Part shown: positions 46,572 through 54,153 of the stretch, in pieces
Position numbering within the stretch: position 1 is the first letter of the stretch
Layout: every line of letters starts with the position of its first letter
DNA from: Candidatus Latescibacterota bacterium
GTDB taxonomy: Bacteria; Latescibacterota; UBA2968; UBA8231
Reading direction: 5' to 3'
DNA: 64,000 bases
Assembly: GCA_965261395.1 (NCBI GenBank)
Contig: OZ253462.1
Coordinates: forward strand, 5,632,001 to 5,696,000
Made by a program: the position numbers and the translations under genes
The notes under the pieces: model-generated
The model's input: only the letters and a program-made list of their open reading frames with translations
Told to the model about the DNA's origin: nothing
The model's database searches: none

Positions 46572-49519
46572 GTTGCACCTCCCGCAGCTCCATCACCGAA
46601 CAGCCCGCCCTGTTCGAGTGGTGCCTCCTGCCGCTCCTTTCGCGCTAGGTCGGAGATTTCGGGCCAGCTCTGTACTAGGCTGTTGTAGGAGAGGGCTTCG
46701 GCGGCGCGGCGCTTGCGTTCACAGATGGTGTAGAGGCGGTAGGCCAGTTCGCGGGCGATGTCGGCTTTTGCGCCGAGTTGGGCCTCGACCCGCGCTGCTT
46801 CTGGCTCGCCGCCGGTTTCTAGGGCGCGGATGAGGTGGTGGACGGCCTCCCATACGGTGAGCCGGTCGTCGGTGGTTGGGTCCCAGTCATCGGCTAATTC
46901 GTCTGGACGCAGCAGGCGCACCTTGCCCGCGCTGGAGGCGAGGATGCCGCCTTCGACGATGCCGGCGATGCTGGTGTTTTTGGCTTTGGACAGGGTTTCG
47001 GCGACGCCGTATTCGCCCTCGTCGAAGCCTTGCTGCTCGAACCACGCCAAGGCCCAGCGGCTGTCGGCGTCGAAGTCGCCTTCCTGCTCGGCTAGCACTT
47101 CGTCGAGTAGCTGGTTGATGAGCGCTAGGGCCTCGCGCACGGAGACGGGTTTGCCCTCGGCATCGAGCACTTTGGCGTAGCGGGTGAACACGGCCATGCC
47201 GGGGCCGATGGCGGCTTGGGCGAGATCGACTGGGGCGATGTTGCCGGATTGCAGGTGGGCGAAGGCCGTGGGGAGCTCGGCTCTCAACGCGGCGACGAAT
47301 TCGCGGCGGGTGACCATTGGTGCGTTGGCAGGGCGCTGGCGGCAGACGAGGACGATGCTGGAGGCGAGGGCGTTGGTGCCAGCGCCGATCATGCGATTGC
47401 TCAATTCGGTGCGCATCGGCCAAGTACCGGTGATGGAGAAGCCTGCGTGGATGACGGCATCGAGGAAGGTCTCCCAACCGGTACTGATCGTTCCCGTCTC
47501 TCCTTTCTTCTCTGATTGCTTGAAGGCGTAGTAGATGGATATCGGAAAGCCGGGGTGCGCTTGCTCGGCGAGGCGGCGCATGGCATCCGTCATTCCTGAA
47601 AGAAAAAAGGCCTCTGCCTTTTCCTTGTTGCCATGTCGGTATGATGTAGCGACCAATTCTTCGGCTTTTGGTACAGCGAGCGTGGAGAAGAGATCAGGGA
47701 AAATTGGTCTCAGTGGGCGGCGCAGCCAGACGTAGAAGAAGTCTGACAGGTCGGCGTAGCCGACATTGTCGTAATAAGGGGGATCCGTGGAAATCAGCTT
47801 ACGGAAGGATATCGCTTGCTCTACTGCACTAATTTGGAAGCACAAGCCAGCCGTTCCTCCCTTGAACTGCTTTTCAATAACTTCGCAGACGGACTTTGCA
47901 GTGCCAAATATGTCACCGCCAGCGCCTGCAAGCGGATTAGTCTCGGCAAAGTCCCACACCATAGGCAGCGCTTGACGACTGAATGTCCCGACAAGTTTGT
48001 CTCGGTGTTCCCATCGGCATAGGCTTGTATTCCGGTCACAAGCCTTACTCTGTGCAAAAGCCAGATACACACCCATCGCCTCGGCATACGCCATCGCGCC
48101 AGCACCCTCATTCCGTAGCGGTCGTACGTCATTGGGCAAATCGGCGCTGGCGGCATCCTGCTTGACGCGCTCCATTGCTTCCGTTACCAAGTCGGAGAAG
48201 GTGGTCAGGGCGACCAGTTGGCGGGGGGTGAAGAGGTCTGCAAAGGTACTCATGCCGTAGAGAGGGAGCTGATCTCGACACTTACCGATTAATTCATTAT
48301 CCGGCCGCCACTCTGGCGTCGCTTGGTCTGCAACCGCCTCCTGATCTGGCCTCGGCGCAAGATAAACCCTGCCCCGATCTCCCTCGACTACGATCGCCAT
48401 TAGCCGTGCCCCCATCCGCCCGGCCTGTCCCTCGGCCTTGATATAGCCCCCTGCAATCGGTGTCCCCGACATCACGCAGCGGAAGTTTGCTCCTCGCGCC
48501 AGCTTGGTCCCCACCTTCGCCTCCTCCGCATCCTCCGGCGTTCCCACCTTCACCACAAACCGATACCCACGCCCCTCAATCACCGGTTCGACATACGCCT
48601 CCTTCCCCTTCTTCGTCGAAAGCATAAAGGTCGCGGCCAGCGGCACCTCCACATCGGCAAACGCCGGATTCGGGCTTCTCACCGTCCGCGCCCACAGCCA
48701 CGCAATCACCGTCAGCTTGCGCCCCTTGTATCGCTCAAGATCGGGCCGCTCCCGCACCATCTCCTCGGTAATCTCAACCTGCGGATACAAATGCCCAATG
48801 CGCCGCGCGGCTTCGTCGCGCATCCACTGGCCATAGTAGCGCACATCCTCGGCCAGCCCCTGCGCCCCCTTCCATTCGCGCTCGATCAGACTCCTTTCCT
48901 CACGGGATGCCGGATTCACCGGCGACTGACCGGCGAACTTCGGCGGAATCTCGATCATGGCCTTGTTGATGAGCACTGCCACCGGATTGAGGTCGCTGGC
49001 ATGAGCTTCAAGCCCCAACCGCTGCGCTTCCAACGGCAAGGCACCGCCGCCAGCAAACGGATCGTGAAAGGCCGGCAGCTTGTCCGGGTCGAACAATTCG
49101 GCAGCACGCGGGTGGTCGGCATGGTCGGCACAGGTTCGCCGCCAGCTCTTGCGAATTTCCGTCCGCGCCTGTTCCAGCACCTTCTCGTTAGTGGTATTCT
49201 CCCACTTCACCAATTCTTCGATGAGGTGGAACAGCCGCTCGCGCTCCTTTTCTTGGTCGGCCTCCGTAGGAAACAGATCGGGATGCGCCGACGGATCATC
49301 GACCATCTGCGCGAAAATCACTGCCCGCGCCGCGGCCAACGGCCGCCGCGCCCACCACAAATGCAGCGTACTCGGATGCCCGTGCCGAATCGACTTCTCC
49401 CGCGCCGAGGCGGCGTTGATCGCGTCGAGCGGCAGGGCGACTTCAATGAGTTTTTTGCGGGAGTTGGCTAGTGGTGTAGGTAGTGTATCCGTTTGAAGTT
49501 CTAGGGTTTCATGCTTCAT
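46568..49519 (-). CDS. DUF1156 adenine-specific DNA methyltransferase
   Basis: [33 protein letters not shown]. Confidence 0.92.
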   Translation of the reverse strand: MKHETLELQTDTLPTPLANSRKKLIEVALPLDAINAASAREKSIRHGHPSTLHLWWARRPLAAARAVIFAQMVDDPSAHPDLFPTEADQEKERERLFHLIEELVKWENTTNEKVLEQARTEIRKSWRRTCADHADHPRAAELFDPDKLPAFHDPFAGGGALPLEAQRLGLEAHASDLNPVAVLINKAMIEIPPKFAGQSPVNPASREERSLIEREWKGAQGLAEDVRYYGQWMRDEAARRIGHLYPQVEITEEMVRERPDLERYKGRKLTVIAWLWARTVRSPNPAFADVEVPLAATFMLSTKKGKEAYVEPVIEGRGYRFVVKVGTPEDAEEAKVGTKLARGANFRCVMSGTPIAGGYIKAEGQAGRMGARLMAIVVEGDRGRVYLAPRPDQEAVADQATPEWRPDNELIGKCRDQLPLYGMSTFADLFTPRQLVALTTFSDLVTEAMERVKQDAASADLPNDVRPLRNEGAGAMAYAEAMGVYLAFAQSKACDRNTSLCRWEHRDKLVGTFSRQALPMVWDFAETNPLAGAGGDIFGTAKSVCEVIEKQFKGGTAGLCFQISAVEQAISFRKLISTDPPYYDNVGYADLSDFFYVWLRRPLRPIFPDLFSTLAVPKAEELVATSYRHGNKEKAEAFFLSGMTDAMRRLAEQAHPGFPISIYYAFKQSEKKGETGTISTGWETFLDAVIHAGFSITGTWPMRTELSNRMIGAGTNALASSIVLVCRQRPANAPMVTRREFVAALRAELPTAFAHLQSGNIAPVDLAQAAIGPGMAVFTRYAKVLDAEGKPVSVREALALINQLLDEVLAEQEGDFDADSRWALAWFEQQGFDEGEYGVAETLSKAKNTSIAGIVEGGILASSAGKVRLLRPDELADDWDPTTDDRLTVWEAVHHLIRALETGGEPEAARVEAQLGAKADIARELAYRLYTICERKRRAAEALSYNSLVQSWPEISDLARKERQEAPLEQGGLFGDGAAGGAT

Positions 49520-49658
49520 GGACGTACTAATCCCTGATGTTCTGATTGATTGGGGCGTCAGATCATAAAAAAACCTAAACCTTTTCGCCAGAGAGCATCT
49601 TTTTTATTTCTAAACTGTCCAACATTCCCTAGGTAGTGTATTCGTTTGAAAATTAGGG
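49477..49658 (+). repeat. ~29-bp direct repeat pair (49477-49506 and 49630-49658)
   Basis: TAGGTAGTGTATCCGTTTGAAGTTCTAGGG vs TAGGTAGTGTATTCGTTTGAAAATTAGGG. Confidence 0.8.
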
Positions 49659-49670
49659 GAATTATCGGTA

Positions 49671-49692
49671 GTTCCGCCGGCGTCCTCGGTCT
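49671..49692 (+). repeat. Site 1 of the intergenic TCCGCCGGCG repeat family
   Basis: GTTCCGCCGGCGTCCTCGGTCT. Confidence 0.7.
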
Positions 49693-49727
49693 GGCCGGTG
49701 TCTTTCCCTTACCTGCGCCCGATGCGC

Positions 49728-50486
49728 TCACAAGTGGGCGGGGGGCAAATCGTCGTTTCTGCACGGCAAGAGGCGGTCGAGTATTCGCAACCTGGCTGCG
49801 GCGATAGGCATCTTCAGAGCGATCTTTGCTTGCCCAAGACTACGCAAGTAGCTGGATATGGAGAAAACCCATAGCTCGCTGAAGTGGCAGTCAGGACTAG
49901 GGCGAGTAGCGACCTGAAACAGGAAACTATCCGGCTCGTTTTCAGGGGCTATCGGTGTCCAGCAGATGAGCAACGGCTTGACGCACTCCCCCGATAGATC
50001 CTTGGGAATCTTCATTTTCTTAAGCACCTTGGCGCTCCCATCGTCTTTCAGGGATTGAATGTCTGGACTCCATGCATTCCGCCACTCTCTGGCCTTGTAA
50101 GCACGAAGTTCTTCAGTAGATGCGTTGAGTGCGATTGTTTTGCCACCAAACGCCTGAGCTGAAGAGTTCTTGATCTCTGTCTGAAATACCGTCCGTCCAC
50201 CGACGGGGCAATCCACTATGATCCATCTGTCTAGTCTAGGCCCTCTTAGACGACCCGTAGTAACCGACTCAGGGTAAATACAATCCTCATCCTCTATATA
50301 CCGGACGCAAACGGTAGCACCTTCGCTCTCTAGGTGTTTCTGAAAACATCCAGCGGCCAAGTCTTCGCCAATAACGGACACAATGCTAGTTGCCTGCTTA
50401 TATGCCCATTTAGGCACTTCGTCGAAAAAACGAAGTGTCTCTTGTACGTCTACGACAATCATTGACTGTTCCAAATCGTTGCTCAC
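49728..50486 (-). CDS. Hypothetical protein, probable PD-(D/E)xK nuclease
   Basis: GEDLA, RLDRWI, VFQTEIKN; low GC; AGGAG RBS before GTG. Confidence 0.55.
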   Translation of the reverse strand: MSNDLEQSMIVVDVQETLRFFDEVPKWAYKQATSIVSVIGEDLAAGCFQKHLESEGATVCVRYIEDEDCIYPESVTTGRLRGPRLDRWIIVDCPVGGRTVFQTEIKNSSAQAFGGKTIALNASTEELRAYKAREWRNAWSPDIQSLKDDGSAKVLKKMKIPKDLSGECVKPLLICWTPIAPENEPDSFLFQVATRPSPDCHFSELWVFSISSYLRSLGQAKIALKMPIAAARLRILDRLLPCRNDDLPPAHL

Positions 50487-50715
50487 GCTTCTATCTCCTC
50501 GGTTGGTGGTGTCGGCGGGGTCGATCCTCAGCCACTCAGTAAGAGGGCGCTCAATGCGGTAGCGGTCAAGCTCGGACGCCGTTGATCAGGCACAAAGGCA
50601 ACAGGGTTTTTTGATTACCGATAACGACGGTTCTGATTCGTCCTTTCTCTCTTTAAATGGCTCGTTATGAGGCATCCCACGCGCGCGTTGGGTCTCTCGA
50701 CTCGACTACCTTCTG

Positions 50716-50740
50716 CCACGTCCGCCGGCGCTCTCGGTCT
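50716..50740 (+). repeat. Site 2 of the intergenic TCCGCCGGCG repeat family
   Basis: CCACGTCCGCCGGCGCTCTCGGTCT. Confidence 0.65.
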
Positions 50741-50817
50741 TGTCCTTGACCTAGTAGAGGCGACCAGTACCTTCCAGTATTCATCACTGAGGCACACACA
50801 TCGAAAGGAACAGAGAT

Positions 50818-51096
50818 ATGGAATCAGAGGTATTACAAGCTCTTCAGGACTTGGGATTAGATCCGCAAGCCGCAGCCGCAGTAGTAGAAGAGATCAAGGA
50901 CTACATAGAGCAAGTCAAAGAGCAAGCCGCAGAGCAGGTCAAAGAGCGTGTCCTAGATTACTTCTCGGATAAATTGGGAATCGGAAGAAGCGAGCTTGAG
51001 CCTGTTATTATCCAGCTATCAGGGTCTCTTTCCGCGGGATCGCCACGGCTTTCGGGATCTCTACAGGTTGTAGATGCCGATGGAGTCAGTCCCTAG
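50818..51096 (+). CDS. Small acidic hypothetical protein
   Basis: AAAGGA RBS, upstream TTGACC-16-TACCTT, downstream terminator. Confidence 0.7.
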   Translation: MESEVLQALQDLGLDPQAAAAVVEEIKDYIEQVKEQAAEQVKERVLDYFSDKLGIGRSELEPVIIQLSGSLSAGSPRLSGSLQVVDADGVSP

Positions 51097-51107
51097 TCAA
51101 CCATCAC

Positions 51108-51140
51108 GGCGGCCAGCTTTGGAACTGGCCGCCTTTTTTG
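51108..51140 (+). terminator. Intrinsic terminator
   Basis: GGCGGCCAG/CTGGCCGCC stem followed by T6. Confidence 0.8.
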
Positions 51141-51227
51141 TGCCCGGATAGTCCCTAAAATCGGTTTTATATATATACTTGGCTACCCAAGCAATATCGA
51201 CGACTGGCACATTTGGAGGAGTGTGGA

Positions 51228-51812
51228 ATGCGTGACCACTCAGAATTCAAGGAATTCTTGGACCAACAGGCTTGTAAATACAGGAGGTGTCTCGAAGACA
51301 TATTTGGTCAATGTGACCAGCGATTTGTCTTCGGCACGATCAAGAAGTCAATCAGAGAAGACAAATCGCCGCACACGCAATTCCCAAACGAATTCCATTT
51401 CAATGGCGGTTGTTCTATTGATATTCATATTTCTGAAGGGGCTTGGCAGAATTGCTATAAAGATCAGGCCACATGGCAGCTTGCACACGAAAGCGTACAT
51501 CTTTTGGACCCAGTAGAGTTGAAAACAGCCACTTTTCTCGAAGAAGGGTTAGCAACGTGGTTTTCGGACGAACCTAAATACCACCATCCTCTAGTGCGGG
51601 CATACATCAAGGGGGGAATAAAGCACGAGCCACCCTATGACGAAGCCAAGAAGCTAGTGTGCCGTTGCATGCCACAGCTAAAATCTGTGGTAAAGAAAAT
51701 CCGTTCTTCGGGTGTGAGGATTCAGGATATTACTGCCGATAAACTTGCTCCTTGTTTGCCGAACGTAGACAGGGAGACGATTGAACGCCTTTGCAGTAGA
51801 ATATGGGTATAG
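51228..51812 (+). CDS. HExxH zinc-metallopeptidase-like protein (ImmA/IrrE-like, no HTH)
   Basis: QLAHESVHLL...LEEGLA; GGAGG RBS. Confidence 0.65.
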   Translation: MRDHSEFKEFLDQQACKYRRCLEDIFGQCDQRFVFGTIKKSIREDKSPHTQFPNEFHFNGGCSIDIHISEGAWQNCYKDQATWQLAHESVHLLDPVELKTATFLEEGLATWFSDEPKYHHPLVRAYIKGGIKHEPPYDEAKKLVCRCMPQLKSVVKKIRSSGVRIQDITADKLAPCLPNVDRETIERLCSRIWV

Positions 51813-51819
51813 TCCATCG

Positions 51820-51833
51820 GTTCCGCCGGCGTC
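51820..51833 (+). repeat. Site 3 of the intergenic TCCGCCGGCG repeat family
   Basis: GTTCCGCCGGCGTC, identical to site 1 over 14 bp. Confidence 0.7.
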
Positions 51834-51848
51834 TTACTCCCAAGATAT

Positions 51849-51886
51849 AAAAAAGGCGGCCAACCCTAAAGTTGGTCGCCCTTTTC
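51849..51886. terminator. Bidirectional intrinsic terminator between convergent genes
   Basis: A6-GGCGGCCAAC/GTTGGTCGCC-CTTTT. Confidence 0.75.
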
Positions 51887-51902
51887 ATGCGGTATTTACC
51901 GC

Positions 51903-52139
51903 CTAGTGCTTCGTGTCTTTTGGCGGGTTCGGGTCATTACCCGGCGCTACCGTATCCGAGTCGCGCCACTGACCATTGCGCCCTTGGATGCGGACCTCAC
52001 CGCCACCACGATTAGAAACGATTTCCTTCGCCACGGTCGTGGCCTCCGCTTGCGTCGGAACAACGTGGCTCGGACGAGCCGCATGTGCTTTTCGCACTGC
52101 CCACCCATCTGGATGCTTCGTCACATAACGATCTGCCAT
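51903..52139 (-). CDS. DUF2188 family protein
   Basis: YVT..PDGWAV.K....R.S....TQAEA...A.......GGEV.I.GRNG..RD.DT....NDP.PP.D. Confidence 0.88.
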   Translation of the reverse strand: MADRYVTKHPDGWAVRKAHAARPSHVVPTQAEATTVAKEIVSNRGGGEVRIQGRNGQWRDSDTVAPGNDPNPPKDTKH

Positions 52140-52261
52140 GATACCCCCTTTTGGGTTATTGGCTTAAAAATGTGAAATGTTCCTAAAAAACATACCGATG
52201 TAGCGAACCGAGTCAATACAAACTTTAGTCAAAAAATCCGCGCCAGCGGCTCCGCTTTTCT

Positions 52262-52700
52262 CGCTTTTCCCCACAGCGCAGACGCGGGGGGATCGGGGAG
52301 GCTATGCTCATAGTGTCCTGCGGGTCTCGCTGTATGGTCTCGCTCCAATGGTTCAATCGTGGGACTGGACGCGAAGGGGACGGGTTCGCGTCCGCGCCTA
52401 GTGGGGGTTGAGCGGCCCAACGCTTCACCGTTCCGCGTTGTTCAGCACGTAGCGCAGCGCGTCCGCTCTCGAGCATAGACCATCCAGCGAGAAAGACCGA
52501 GGCGCACCAACTCACACGGCGGCCTGTGATTGTCCATGCCGGGGGTAGGGACGGGCATGGGGCGCGTGTGGGCAACTCACGCGTAGGCCGTCCGACCTCG
52601 ATACTTAATGGACGGCGCAGCCTTTCGCCTCGCCGTTGGGCGAACTGGACCACGTCCCTCGGATGCTGTCGGGTAGATCGCCCGTTAGAAGCGATTACAG
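52262..52700 (+). ncRNA. Candidate large structured non-coding element (RNA or folded ssDNA), family unknown
   Basis: About nine local hairpins plus two long-range stems (52325-52340/52477-52492, 52497-52502/52657-52662); non-canonical pairs are mostly G-U on the + strand; one GCAA tetraloop. Confidence 0.55.
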
Positions 52701-52704
52701 GCCC

Positions 52705-53778
52705 TCAATCTCCGGTGGATTCTCTGAGGCGGGCGACCGCGCCCAGCCCGGCGGCTTGGCCCCTTGAGTATCGGCCCGGCATATCCGGCGACAGCCAGCG
52801 GCCGGCGTTCTGGAGCTCGGCCAGCCCATAGCCGGCCGCGGTCAAGTCTTGGTCGGTGCCGACTCGGAGGCTCTGGCCGCTGGCCCCGTCGATGCCGACC
52901 GCTCTGGCGCGGGCCTGTATGGTCAGCCTGGCCCCGTGTGCCGTCATACGGTGCTCGGTGATATGGTCACCGCGGCGGATGCGTCGGAATAGCGGCCCGT
53001 CGAGGATGCCGGCGAGCTGGCGGTATTGCTCGACGGCCGCCAAGGTTGCCTTGCTGAGGAACACGACGGCCCCTTGCCCGGTTTGGTCCGTCTTCGAGCT
53101 GGGAATCAGCAAGCGCCCGGTGCTGTCGGCTTCCTTGCTGACGTGCGCACAATCGACGGCGACGGCTTCACTAATCCGCAGCAGTCCATCACTCATAAAC
53201 CGCACCAGCGCACAATCTCGAGCGGCCGCGACGGGTGCGGCTTGGCCTTGAGCCAGAGCCTGCCGGCATATCGCTTGCACGTCGGCCCAGCGAATCGCGG
53301 CGACCTGCCCGCGGCCGCGGCCTTTACCCGCTCGGCGGATCCCCGCCAGGGTGCGGCTTGCCAAAGGCCCGACAATCGACTCGCCGGCGGGGTGGAGCTT
53401 CTCGCGGAAGCGAATCGCCTGGACTACCTGGGCGACCGTGGCCGGCGAGACGCCGGCGGCGTGGCGCTTGGTGAGAAAGTCCGCTAGGAGCGGCTCCGTG
53501 GCCGGCCGGCCGGCCAACCATTCGTCCCAGCGCCGCAAGGCGGCCTTGTAGTTTTTGCGGGTATTGTTCGAGATCGAGGCGGCGACTAGGGCGCGGGTTT
53601 CTTCGGAAAGGCCCGCCGGCGCGCTGGGTACGGCCTCTTGCGGTGCTAGGGTGCTGGGGGCGGTGTCTTGGGGCGTTGGGGCGCTGGCTGGGGCCTCGGC
53701 GATTTGCAGGCCCTTACGGCGAGCGGCTCGCTGTTGCCGTTTGTCCGGGCGGGTGCGCCGATTGTTTTTGCGGGGCAT
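52705..53778 (-). CDS. Cre-like tyrosine recombinase
   Basis: NTRKNY, RD.ALV......LLRISE, SKTDQ.G.G, GPLFR, SGQSLRVG, AGRW, MP.RY; AGGAG RBS. Confidence 0.9.
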   Translation of the reverse strand: MPRKNNRRTRPDKRQQRAARRKGLQIAEAPASAPTPQDTAPSTLAPQEAVPSAPAGLSEETRALVAASISNNTRKNYKAALRRWDEWLAGRPATEPLLADFLTKRHAAGVSPATVAQVVQAIRFREKLHPAGESIVGPLASRTLAGIRRAGKGRGRGQVAAIRWADVQAICRQALAQGQAAPVAAARDCALVRFMSDGLLRISEAVAVDCAHVSKEADSTGRLLIPSSKTDQTGQGAVVFLSKATLAAVEQYRQLAGILDGPLFRRIRRGDHITEHRMTAHGARLTIQARARAVGIDGASGQSLRVGTDQDLTAAGYGLAELQNAGRWLSPDMPGRYSRGQAAGLGAVARLRESTGD

Positions 53779-53851
53779 GGTCAATCTCCTGGTGTAGCCG
53801 TTTAACTTTAACTAATTACAAATATATTTTTTAACGAGGGCTATTTTTAAA

Positions 53852-53892
53852 GAAAAACCCCCGTGCCAGGGGATTTGGCACGGGGGTTTTTC
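53852..53892. terminator. Perfect 17-bp inverted repeat, bidirectional terminator downstream of the tRNA
   Basis: GAAAAACCCCCGTGCCA-7 nt-TGGCACGGGGGTTTTTC. Confidence 0.85.
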
Positions 53893-54046
53893 GGTTCTCT
53901 CAGATTTTTAAGAAGCCCAAAACCGAATAGCGACAACGACTTGAACACCATCCGTATCATTGGGTTTCTTTTACTTACTGCTGACATATTGCTGACACGA
54001 CTTTTTCGTCGCTATCGCATATTTTTCATAACCCCTTGTTTTTTAA

Positions 54047-54122
<76 letters not shown>

Positions 54123-54153
54123 GTAAAAAATATCTGCACAGGTGGGCTGGTCG

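Larger units (their letters stand above)
39190..54046. mobile_element. tRNA-Lys-associated genomic (defence) island; boundaries approximate
   Basis: Defence genes, tyrosine recombinase and AT-rich cargo at the 3' end of a tRNA; no duplicated tRNA end found. Confidence 0.6.

Noticed and set aside
49662-50624. TTATCGGTA / TACCGATAA inverted 9-mer around the nuclease gene as IS ends
   Set aside because: Too short, no transposase and no target duplication; probably chance.
52225-52653. 142-aa ORF over the structured region
   Set aside because: No recognisable domain or RBS and a composition typical of a GC-rich shadow ORF; extensive pairing explains the sequence better.
52262-52700. RNase P, tmRNA or group II intron identity; weak resemblance of 52231-52276 to the ColE1 origin
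   Set aside because: No GAGGAAAGUCC core, tRNA-like ends or domain V found; the ColE1 likeness is limited to short A/T runs and the structured part lies on the wrong side.
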